From assembly GCA_001275005.1 (NCBI GenBank), contig JWZX01003346.1, positions 1 through 59,856 on the forward strand: 59,856 nucleotides of DNA, written 5' to 3'. The stretch is from Chrysochromulina tobinii. Its lineage: Eukaryota. Position numbers and translations under genes: made by a program. This document shows, piece after piece, positions 10,639-20,370 of the stretch. The first letter of the stretch is position 1. Every line of letters starts with the position of its first letter. The notes below the pieces were generated by a model. The model had not been told where the DNA came from. It ran no database searches and saw only the letters and a list, made by a program, of their open reading frames with translations.

Positions 10639-11485
10639 CTAGAATTCGGCATCGACCTTCACCTTGATCGGGCCCTTCTTGGACTGACGTCCCGGCAGCA
10701 GAGAAAACAACCTCTTCGTCATCGAGGATTTGTGCACAGGCGCCGCTGAGCTTGCAGCAGGCGCCGGCGACAGTGAGCGCACCGGTGAACGAGGTGAACG
10801 AGCGCCAACCGGTGCATGAGCGCCATGGCGAGCGCCGTCCGGCGAGCGTATCGCTTTCGGCGAGCGTATCGGTGAATGAGTCGATACGAAGTCGCTGTTG
10901 ATGTCGTCGCCGTCGTCGGCGTCGATCGCTGCGAGCGCCCAACTATGCAGTGCATCCGAGCCGAACTTGCCATCCTCGTCACCGTAAGTGTCCAGAGCAG
11001 CAGGCTCACCAGAGACGGTGTTTTCGCTCAGGCGCCCCGTCGACTGCCACACACGCGCCGTGCTGGCGACTTCAGAGGCGAACGCCTCGGCGCCGCCGAT
11101 ACGGTACATGCTTCTCTCAAAGTCCGAGAGTGGCTGAGGCAGGTGAAGGGGTGACGGCGCTCCGGTATGGAGACCCCAGATTGGTAGTGTCACCGTCAGC
11201 AGCGTGCAACTCACGTAGCCTCGGCAGTTCAATTACAGCAACATCACTTCCATTCTGCGCAGCTTCTTGGGCGGCGCGGTACCGGGCCAAGGCGGGTAAC
11301 AAATTCTCCTTTTCCAACTCCTTCTCACGCAACAATTTCTCCTTTTCCGACTCGGTCTCCACAGCGGACGCAGGCAGCTTTTCCATCGGTGTTGCAGGTA
11401 AGTCTCGCTCGCCACCAAAGAAGATGTTGACGAAGACATTCTTATCGGCGCGTTTGCCACCGCGATGGGCACAGCACCCAAACAT
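10639..11485 (-). CDS. Hypothetical protein, probably two exons (11485-11237, 11133-10639)
   Basis: Candidate intron 11236-11134 (gtaatt...cttcacctgcctcag) joins two ORFs in phase 0. N-terminus MFGCC. Confidence 0.45.
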
Positions 11486-11676
11486 TGCCTTTGCTGTGCT
11501 CGCCTGGCACAACACACGAGACTCTCAACGTGTTGAGAGGCGCCGCCCCGCATGCAAATGCGAAGTAGACTTGAGACCATAACTGAACCTGCGACTTCAC
11601 GATAGCGTACTGTGGAGGGGGTTTTCTACATGCGTCGCAAGGACACTCCTAAAGGTCAGCCTTGACAAAATCGGCG

Positions 11677-12753
11677 ATGCCGTCGGCCGATCGCTCCTAC
11701 GCGGGCGAGCTGTGGCGCATGCCGAAGGAGCTCCTCTCGCTGCCCGAGGCCGATCGCAAGCTGCTTAGCAAGGAGTACGTTATCGAGTCACCGCCAGGCG
11801 GCTTCGCCGAGAACGCTCTCACGCAGCAGGCGCCAATCTCGCTTGCCGAGGAAGCACTCGTGATCGGGACGCTGCTCATCGTCATGGGCGGGCCGCTGCT
11901 GCTGCTGCCGACTCTGTTCCTGTGCCTGGTCTTCGGCTCGTGGACATCGGTTGTCGCGTGGGTGCTTGTGGTTGCCCTGCTCGCCATGCACCCGCTGCCG
12001 GAATGCTCGAAGGCTGCGCGCGAATCCATCTTTGCGACCGCCCTGTACAAGTATTTTACGTACCGCTTCGTGTGGTCAGGCGACGCGCGCGAAAAGGCCG
12101 AGGCCGCGCCGGCGTGGATCGGCGCCGGCCCTCCGCATGGCGTGCTGCCCTTTGCGAACGTGCTCTCGATCCCGGCGATCAACACCTTCGCGTGCCGCCA
12201 TTTCGTAGGAGCTGGCGCAAGCGTAGTGGAGAAGACGCCCTTCCTGCGCTACATGAGCCTGTTCGGCATGATCGACGTGAGCGCGCGCAGCATCACCAAG
12301 GCGCTCGCTCGCGGCACCTGCGTTGGCCTAGTACCCGACGGCATCGCGGGCATTTTCCGGACGAATGCGAGAGACGAGGTTGTCAAGCTCAAGGAGCGCA
12401 AGGGGATCGCGAAGCTGGCGCTGCGCACGGGCACGCCCATCGTGCCCGCCTACTCCGTCGGCAACTCGCGCGCCTATACGGCCGTCTTTGACCGTTGGGG
12501 CCTTCTTGAGATCGTCTCGCGCAAGGCACAGGCCTCGATCTTTCTCTACTTCGGCCGCTTCTACCTGCCCATCCCGCGCCGCGTAAACATCACGATGCTC
12601 ATCGGCGAGCCGATTATGGTCGACAAGGTGGAGGAGCCCACGCCCGCGCAGATCGATGCGCTGCACGAGCGCTATCTGATGGAGATGAAGGCCCTATTTG
12701 ATCGGCATAAGGCGTCGCTTGGGTGGGGGCACCTCAACCTCATCTACGAGTGA
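11677..12753 (+). CDS. DGAT2: Diacylglycerol/monoacylglycerol acyltransferase, DGAT2 (DAGAT) family
   Basis: N-terminal TM segments, PHGVLP, GLVPDGIAGIF, RKGIAKLALRTGTPIVPAYSVG and IGEPI. Confidence 0.85.
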   Translation: MPSADRSYAGELWRMPKELLSLPEADRKLLSKEYVIESPPGGFAENALTQQAPISLAEEALVIGTLLIVMGGPLLLLPTLFLCLVFGSWTSVVAWVLVVALLAMHPLPECSKAARESIFATALYKYFTYRFVWSGDAREKAEAAPAWIGAGPPHGVLPFANVLSIPAINTFACRHFVGAGASVVEKTPFLRYMSLFGMIDVSARSITKALARGTCVGLVPDGIAGIFRTNARDEVVKLKERKGIAKLALRTGTPIVPAYSVGNSRAYTAVFDRWGLLEIVSRKAQASIFLYFGRFYLPIPRRVNITMLIGEPIMVDKVEEPTPAQIDALHERYLMEMKALFDRHKASLGWGHLNLIYE

Positions 12754-13202
12754 AGTTAAGCGGCAGTCTGTCGACCCCTCTTGGCTGTGTGGCCTTTGAC
12801 GATGTTGGAGAGGTGGTCACGGTGCTGTGGGGAGATGGCCGTTTTTGGAGCACGCGGAGAGCATTGGATACCGGGTACTGTAGGATTCCTAGCGGGTCCC
12901 GTGCTCAAGGAAGACTGTGCTGTGTGTAGCTCTCACAGCACTGTATAGGTGTGGCTCAAAAACCACTCGCAGTCGAGCCGATTTGTCCTCATGGTCCATC
13001 CGTTCACGGCGAAAAACGCCGTTCCGGGCATCCCCCGTGAGTTGCGTATCCACAAGAGTTGCGAGAGACAACACAGGAGTGCGTGGGGTGCCTGCGCTGT
13101 CAAGCGCGTCGTGACTCGCGTCCCCGGCCATCGCTGCGAGCAGCACACCCCACGGCCGTGACCCCGGTTGCCTCCCCAAACGCCTCCGCAGGCTGTGCCA
13201 CC

Positions 13203-13590
13203 ATGTCGGGCATGTACCCGCCCACGCGGCCAGAGCTCACGGGCGAGCCCAAGGATGCTTTTGCCGTGCACATGGAGGTGGACACGCAGGTGCGCGAGTA
13301 CCTGATCGCCGTGGAGAAGGTCAAAATCATGCAGGCCAAGCTCAAGGCCTGCTACGAGAAGTCCGGACCCAACCACTTTGAGGACTGCAAAGAGCTGCGC
13401 GAGACGTTGTGGGAGAAACTCAACACGCCCAACTATGGCGCACCCGGCCCGTCACGATCGGTACGTGCGCGCAATCGCGCGCCCTCGCGCAGGAGCCCCG
13501 CCACCCTCCCATCGCGCACACCCACGCTCACCCCGCCATTGCTTCCCACGCGCCGCGCAGTCGTCCAAGTACATGATCAACAACAGCTGA
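13203..13590 (+). CDS. NDUFB10: Complex I subunit NDUFB10/PDSW; exons 13203-13460, 13561-13590
   Basis: VREYLIAVEKVKIMQAKLKACYEKSGPNHFEDC matches the plant/algal PDSW pattern (VRE.WI.IEKAKIL...KWCY...G.NH...C). Intron 13461-13560 is GT-AG, phase 0. Confidence 0.8.
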
Positions 13591-14163
13591 GAGGCGCAGC
13601 GGCTTTTCTGGGCCTTTGGCGCCTTGGCTATTGCGCATGGACGGTGCGCGCCGAGGGCAAGCTCGCCCGTCGGGGTACGGGCGTCGTCTCAACTGGCCTC
13701 CGTGGAACCGCGGCCGTTAGAGAGCCCTGATGTTGGCAGGAGTGCCCTCGCGGCGCCGCATGCGCGCGACTGGAAAGTGTATACGCGCCGCTTGACCCCG
13801 ACGGGTACTCTACATCGTAATTAACGTTTTCAAACCGGCTGTGCCGCTCGTAAAAAATAAAAGAACAGGCAAAGGGCATGACAGGCAGCTGGAGAACTGC
13901 CGCGTGCGCGCAAGCTTTTATTGGGCGGTTAAGGCGTAGATGGCACGCCGCAGGCGCAGCCTCTGACGCCTGACAGAGCCTCGGGCGGGAGCGAGCGCGA
14001 AGCCGCACGCGCGCGCACCAGCCACATAATACGCGGGTCTCGCCTCTCGGGTCGATGCGCGAGGGCCCTGGCAACGCCGCGGACCCGGCCGCCGCCCACT
14101 CGGCCCGATGCACCCACGCTGCGAAGCAAGCATGCAGGCGACGCCCGGGACGGCGCCTCCGGC

Positions 14164-14859
14164 TCACGACTGCGCGATCTTGGAGATGGCCGCTTCCCGT
14201 ACGAGCGTGGCGCACCTGTCGAGGTCGTCGACGGCCTCCTGGCACTTGAACACCTTCTCGCCCGCGGGGGCACCGCGCATCGTCTGATAGCACAGCAGCA
14301 CCGCCTGCCGTTGCTCCTTGCACATCATATCCATTTTTGGCGCGCGGTACTCGCGCGCCTGCAGCGCCTCGATGCGCTTGCGCAGCTCGCGCTCCTGCTG
14401 TGCATTCGCACGCTGCTGCTCCTCGAGCTTGTCCTGTCGCTCCCCCGACTGCTGCACCGCCTGCGCACGCAGAGCGACGGGAGCATGTCAGAGAGCATGC
14501 CATCGTGTGTGCGTGCCGCTCCGCGGCGGCCTCGAGGCGTGGACACACCTGCTGCTGCATGGCGTCGTAGGCGCCCTTCTGGTAGGCCTGCTGCAGCAGC
14601 TCGTTCAAATCCTGCATCGACCTCGGCGCCTCCTCTCGCGGCGCCGTGGCATTCAGCAAGCCCGGCGTGACCTGGGGGCAGCGGCGCGGCGCAAAGTGGG
14701 TTCAAGTCTCTGTGTGCGTGCGTTGGGCAAGTGGGAGGGGGTGGCGCTGATGGGTGTGGCTGGTACACGGCGGGAGCGGCGCACCCGCACGCCGAATCCA
14801 CCCGGCGCCGGCGCCGACGCGCCAGCGCTCTCCGACGCCGCCGACTGTCGATTGCCCAT
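14164..14859 (-). CDS. MIC19/CHCHD3-like twin-CX9C protein; exons 14859-14785, 14671-14549, 14460-14164
   Basis: N-myristoylation motif MGNRQS, central coiled coil, and C-terminal CKEQRQAVLLC and CQEAVDDLDRC. Two phase-0 GT-AG introns restore the frame. Confidence 0.7.
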
Positions 14860-15193
14860 CGTGGTCAAGCAAGACAAGTCAAGCCAAGTCAAGTGAACTT
14901 CGCGGTTTCATGTTCACAGCATCGAGCTCGACGACAAGAGGACAAGAACACACAAAATTGCAGTACTGCGAGGCCGTCGTGTTTAGTTCGCGCTGTGCGT
15001 TGGTACATGTACAGCGGTTCCGACCGAAAGCGACAGTCCCTTGGCACGGGATCCGCCTCAGTTTGCAACAGCCCCGGGGACCGAACCCTCGGGATTCTTG
15101 ACACGAAGGGAAACGGCGGCATGACACGTCTACAAACGGAATCACAAGTGAATCCGTCCATCTTTTTGTACGATGCAGAAATCAACGCCACAG

Positions 15194-15724
15194 ATGGCGG
15201 TCGTCTCGCTGCTCCTGTTCTCTGTCCCTGCCGTATCTGCGACGGAGGGAACTCTCGCGTGTGCCGTCGTGGCCTGTACCGGTGCGGCGCTTTCCACGAG
15301 CGGCCTAGCCACGCTCGTTGACCCGTCATGGAGGGTATCCAGGAAAGATTCTCGACGCGAGCGAAAGGATGCGGCTGCAGACAAGCGCAAGGAGGCGCAT
15401 CTGTCGCTGCAGCCGGCCGTCGGCGGCCTCGCTCTTGTCAGCTGGGGCGTGGTCAAGCTTGCCGTGCTCAGGAGTGCGCCCAACCTCGTGCACGACCTCG
15501 CGAGGGTCAACTTGGTCGTGGTGATGGCTCTGTGGCTTCGAAACGGCAAGCGACTCGGCCGGTGGCTGCCCGGTCTGCCCGAGCGCGCCGTCTCCATCCT
15601 CGCCGGCCTCTACGCGTGCATCGGCCTCGGCCTCAAGGGCATTCCTCGTCCCGGGTCCGACCGCTTCCCCGACCGCTTCCTCACGCACGTGATGAAGCCC
15701 GGTGCCCCGCTGCACCTGGCATGA
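15194..15724 (+). CDS. Hypothetical membrane protein
   Basis: Signal-peptide-like start and several hydrophobic segments. Confidence 0.55.
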   Translation: MAVVSLLLFSVPAVSATEGTLACAVVACTGAALSTSGLATLVDPSWRVSRKDSRRERKDAAADKRKEAHLSLQPAVGGLALVSWGVVKLAVLRSAPNLVHDLARVNLVVVMALWLRNGKRLGRWLPGLPERAVSILAGLYACIGLGLKGIPRPGSDRFPDRFLTHVMKPGAPLHLA

Positions 15725-16096
15725 GCCGACGCTCGCCCGCTTGTAACATATTGAGCCAGCCCCGGCTCTGTATCCTTTGTAATCTTGACCACGTGTCACA
15801 GCCCGTGGAGAGCATTGGCCCGACCGGGCCTCAGCCATGGCGCGATGTACATACGCTCTCCGCGCGCGCCGGCGGCCCGGCCCGGGGTGCCGCGCGCGAA
15901 TGAGCAGTCCGGAGACGAAGGTCAGAGTAGCTCTCATGCAATTTCGACCGCGTCCGCGAAGTTTTTTTGAATATATTTAAGAACCCAATAGTGATGGTGC
16001 TTGCGCCTTCGCGCGCGCGTGGGAGATCGATCCCGGCAACTAACATCGTGCGCTGGCGCGTCGGCTTCGGCTTCGGCGATGCTGGCATGGCGTTTA

Positions 16097-16678
16097 CTAG
16101 TTGTAATTGAACGCAATCTCATGGATGGTCGAGTCGTTCGCGTCTAGGCCGAGCGAGTTCATCCGACGGCCCATCCTCTCGTTGCGCACCGGTGCCAGCT
16201 CCGGCATGCTCATCACGTGCGGCACGACGACGGGCGGCGGCTCAGGCTTGCGCAGCTTCGCTTCGAGGACGGTGCGGTCGACTGGCTTGACGTCCAGCGG
16301 GCGATGCGCGGCGAAGGCCTGCTTTGAGCATGAGCCTTGGCGCAGGTGCAGAAAAGGTGCAGGTCTCCTCGAGCGTGCTTCTGTCCATCTCGAGCTGTAG
16401 CCGGTTATCGGGTCGGAGTTGCCCTTGAGACCTGCGAAGCATGCCCACTCGTTGCACGACCGTCCTTTCTGCAGGTTGGGTGCGGGCGCATAGCACGGGT
16501 CCGGGTACAGCGACTTGGTCGACATGTGGTAGTCGAGCAGCTCGCGGTTCGCAAAGGTGGCGTACGAAGGCCGATGCGTCTGAGATAGCCGGTCCTCCTT
16601 GCTGACCCAGCGTTGCCAACCAATTAGGTTGGCACCGTCGGCGGCCTCAAAGGCCTTGACGACGCCATCCAATGGCAT
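16097..16678 (-). CDS. Hypothetical protein
   Basis: ORF from MPLDGVVKAF with GC3-rich codons. No recognised family. Confidence 0.55.
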   Translation of the reverse strand: MPLDGVVKAFEAADGANLIGWQRWVSKEDRLSQTHRPSYATFANRELLDYHMSTKSLYPDPCYAPAPNLQKGRSCNEWACFAGLKGNSDPITGYSSRWTEARSRRPAPFLHLRQGSCSKQAFAAHRPLDVKPVDRTVLEAKLRKPEPPPVVVPHVMSMPELAPVRNERMGRRMNSLGLDANDSTIHEIAFNYN

Positions 16679-17028
16679 AAGGAGTCGAGCTGTCTGTGAT
16701 CGTCTCCTGCCACAGCTTGCACACCATTGAAACGGTGCGAACTTGCCGAAAGGAGAAAGAGAGAAAGACACACGCTGTTCACGACCACTGGGAAAGGTGC
16801 TAGAGTCACAAGCGGGCGTACTCGTCGGCGCTTGAAATGAATCAAGCGCCTTGGGAGACGATGCCGAATACCGTACCGGTGTTACATGTTCAGTCACCGT
16901 ATTCGGTCTAACCACAAGTCCGTGCTGGGAGCACGGCGCCTTCATTTAACTTGACAGTGTTTTTAGAGAGCTTCCACGAGCGTGATCGTTTTCGGCAATT
17001 TGACTCAAGTAATCAGCAGCACCGCTTC

Positions 17029-19169
17029 ATGTCGAAGTCGTACTTGATGGCAGCGTCCACTCGCGCAGCCGACGCTGACGCTGCTGGAGGTCACTCTGCG
17101 CCGGCCGCGGTGCGCTTTGAGGGCGACGCGGATGGCGCTCTTGCGCGCGCATATGAGTGTGACGGCCAGTCCAAGGCCATGGAGATGAAGTACCCCATGC
17201 ATTGCATGAAGATGTCTGACTTCTTGCAACTCACTATGCTGGAGGCGCACAACGGCCTGGTCGAGCGCGGGCTCGTGGTGCCGCTCAACTTCGACGGTAA
17301 GCATGCAGGCGTGGAAATCCAGTTTGTGTCTCATCAGTGGTTGGGCTACACAGTCGCCGATCCCAACGGCGATCACCTCACGACGATGCAGGCCGCCTTC
17401 CGGATCGCTATCGACGAAGGCAAAGGGCTCTTCAAGAGTCATGAAGACTGGAAAGCTTATGCCGAGGGTATGACAACTACCAACGCGACATCCACAAGTT
17501 TGGTTCAAACGCGGAGAGTGCGTCTCTCGGCACTGGCTCCTCGGCCTGTGAGGCGGGAGCCAGTCCAGAGATGGACGTGGAGAGGCGCCTTGCCCTCAGA
17601 CACGAGACCTTCAAAGCCAACGTAGCGGACAGTTGGGTTTGGATGGACTTTCTGTCTGTGCCGCAGACTGTGGGCCTCTCGGATGTCGCGGCTGTCCAAG
17701 AGGCCATCAGCAAGCAGGCGGATGCCATTCGCTCCATCCCTTCTTACATCCGCCACGCCACCACCTTCTGGATCTGCACGCCGCAGGGCGCCAAGCACGA
17801 GAGCGGCGAGCTGTGCTCGTATGCCACGTGGAGCGCTCGCGGGTGGTGCCGGCTCGAGGAGACCACTATCGCGCTGCTCAACTTGGCGACGCACGCCCGA
17901 CCTATCATGCTCACCGACCCAGTAGGCGCTCGGCCGTTGGCGGTGACCCCGGACAGCGTCGACCGGATGTCAGTCCACGTGCAGCGGCGCAATTCGGTGC
18001 TCACAGGCGCCTTCTCGTGCTGCCGGTTGAAGCACCAGGTGCAAACGCTCAACGGTAACTTCGCACCGATCCCGTGCGACAAGATCATCCTGCGCAAGGT
18101 GCTTGCGGAGGTCTACGTAGAGGGCTTGAGCATCGCGCGCGACCTATGGCAGCGCGACAAGGAGCACGACACACGCGACATAGAAGGGATGGGCACGTTC
18201 TGGTCGAGCATGATGGCCGGCATCACTGGGCAAGATCCGAGTTTTGCGCTCTGGTACTTCCATAGGAGCCTGCGGCAAGCGTATTTCGCCGAGGGCGTCG
18301 ACGAGCCTGACTTTGTGGCGTTGGGCTGGTCGAAGCCGTTCGAGGAGCTCACGGCGGAGGATTGCGAGCACTACTGTGCGCGCTGGGGGATGAAGTGGCG
18401 GCCTGACCACTCTGTGGAGAAGGCGGCGGGATGCTATTGGCCTGCGCAGGTGATTGCATGCTGATTGCAGGTTGATTGCAGGCTGATTGCAGGCTGATTG
18501 CATGATTATTGCATTCTGATTGCAGTTTGATTGCATACTGAGTGCGTGCTGATTGCATGCTGATCGCAGGTGATTGCATGCTGATTGAAGGTTGATTGCA
18601 TGCTGATTGAATGCTGATTGCATGCTGATTGCATGTGGCAGGAGGGCAACTTGCCCATGCTGCGCTACTTTGTGGAGGTGCTCGGAATGGACCCAATGAT
18701 GGCTAATGTGATCGGTGTCTCGACACTGCACTGCGCGGCGCGCCATGGCTTCAACAAGATCATATGTTACCTCGTGGCGAAGGCGGGTGAGCGTGTGGGT
18801 CATGGCACGCCTGAGCTGCGCGCGTGGCTCAATCAGCGCACGAATAGCCTGAAGCTTTCGCCCATCGACGGAGCTGCTGTGTGCGGCCACCCGAGTACCA
18901 TCAAGTTGCTCGCTTCGCTCGGCGCTGATATCCACGCGCGCCGCTCCAACGGTCGTACGCCGCTGCACTCGGCAGCCGCGTATGGGCACGCGGCCTGTGT
19001 GGGTGAGCTGCTAGCGCTCGGCGCGGATCCCGAAGCGCAGGCAGACGACGGTAGCAAGCCTGCCGACCTCGTGACACACTCGTGCTCTCTCTCTGCATGG
19101 CCGACGACACAACATGACGAGTGTCTCGAGCTCCTCGACGCAGCCGTAAGGGAGAAGAAGAAGGCATGA
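17029..19169 (+). CDS. HET (heterokaryon-incompatibility)-like domain plus C-terminal ankyrin repeats
   Basis: HET-like motifs FVSHQWLG, WVWMDFLSVPQ, IPSYIRHA and WSARGWCRLEE, then ankyrin repeats (STLHCAARHG, TPLHSAAAYGH). Intron 18450-18641 joins the domains in frame. A frame change near 17470-17570 is either a further intron (e.g. 17468-17568) or an indel. Confidence 0.7.
18450..18641 (+). repeat. Intron composed almost entirely of ~11-nt TGATTGCATGC repeats
   Basis: gtgattgcatgctgattgcagg...gcatgtggcag. Phase-0 removal joins PAQ|EGNLPM. Confidence 0.85.
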
Positions 19170-19208
19170 AGAAGGCAGCAGCATGACGTGGCTGAGTGCA
19201 GCTGCCAA

Positions 19209-19253
19209 CATGCAATCAGCATGCAATCAGCATGCAGTCAGCATGCAATCAGC
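19209..19253 (-). repeat. Inverted copy of the TGATTGCATGC repeat downstream of the stop codon
   Basis: catgcaatcag x4, one unit degenerate. Confidence 0.85.
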
Positions 19254-19480
19254 GTGTAGACCGGCACAGGTCATGTGTGCAGGGACCGTGACCCGGGTGA
19301 ACGTGTGGTGCGGTGTGTGAGGTGCGCGGGTGAGGTCACGAGCTGCAGCTGGTGAATTAGGTGTGAAGAAACTGTTGTGCAACGAGGCGAAGCGTGTGTT
19401 CGCGGAAAGTGTCAGGGTGTGCTCTTCGGTGTTTTGCCGAAGACGTCATCCATGAAAAGAAAATTCAGATGTTCTGGCGA

Positions 19481-19512
19481 AGTCAAGTCTTGACTTGACT
19501 TGACTTGACTTG
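19481..19512. promoter_or_regulatory. TTGAC pentamer array just upstream of a start codon (candidate promoter motif)
   Basis: agtcaagtcttgacttgacttgacttgacttg. Similar arrays lie at 14865-14894 and 31197-31275. Confidence 0.4.
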
Positions 19513-19543
19513 TCTTCACACTTCTGACGATCTCAATTGCGCC

Positions 19544-20089
19544 ATGAGGACGCTCTCGTTGATGATCCTGCTGCTCCCTTGCACCGTGGCGATCGCCGCC
19601 GTCGACGCGTCGACGCGCCTGCTACCGTTGCGCCCACTCGTACACCTGCCAGCGCGTGCTGCCGTCGCGCATCTTTCCGTCAGCATGCCCGAGTCCACGG
19701 AGCAGCTCGAGCAGTGGCCGGCTGAACTGCTTGGACCTTGGGAGCTGCGCACGACGCAGCCGGGCTCGAGCAGCCGCATGTGGGTGGAGCTGGCCGACGA
19801 TAGGAGCTGCTCGTGCAGCGCCGCCGTCGGCAAGGGCAGCCGCTGGCACGCGATACGCCGAGGTGGCAAGTGGCAGCTGAGCTTCGTGCTGCTGGACAAA
19901 TTGAAGCGGGAAGTCAAGTACGAGGGCGAGGTGCGCGAGGATGACGGGACGTCGTCACGCCGGCTGGTGATCGCAGGATCCATCAACGGCCCGCCGCGGC
20001 GCATGGCCGGCCTCTCGGGCGCGGCCTTGAAACTGCAGCTCGAGCGCGGCGAGAAAGTGGGCGAGTTCGAGGGCTGGCGCTTGGAATGA
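19544..20089 (+). CDS. Hypothetical signal-peptide (possibly plastid-targeted) protein
   Basis: Signal peptide MRTLSLMILLLPCTVAIAA followed by a beta-rich domain. Confidence 0.65.
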   Translation: MRTLSLMILLLPCTVAIAAVDASTRLLPLRPLVHLPARAAVAHLSVSMPESTEQLEQWPAELLGPWELRTTQPGSSSRMWVELADDRSCSCSAAVGKGSRWHAIRRGGKWQLSFVLLDKLKREVKYEGEVREDDGTSSRRLVIAGSINGPPRRMAGLSGAALKLQLERGEKVGEFEGWRLE

Positions 20090-20370
20090 TCGTTTAGGGA
20101 GGAAAGAGAGGAGCGGCTAGGTTGCATGGCGAGCGTTGGCGCAGACAAGGAGAGGGGCAAGATGCGCGTGGAGCGATCTGAGAGACACTCGACGTAGGTC
20201 GTAGCGTAACGTACGGTACAACGCTCAGCGCTCTCTGTGAACGCTTACTTGCGCTTGCGAAGCACAGACGTTCTCAGAAATCACCCTCAAGCCGCAGGCA
20301 GCTGTTCCGCTGTTCACGCCTCTCCGCGTCTGTGAGCACAGGGGTCTGCAACGCCGGGTTCACGATACGA

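Noticed and set aside
13461..13560. Other introns (13461, 14548, 14784, 35911, 36170, 38374, 39952) as members of the duplication family
   Set aside because: They lack the shared core and any convincing flanking duplication, and serve as ordinary-intron controls.
13203..14859. Adjacent mitochondrial genes (NDUFB10 and MIC19-like) as a functional cluster
   Set aside because: There are only two genes, convergently oriented, which is compatible with chance.
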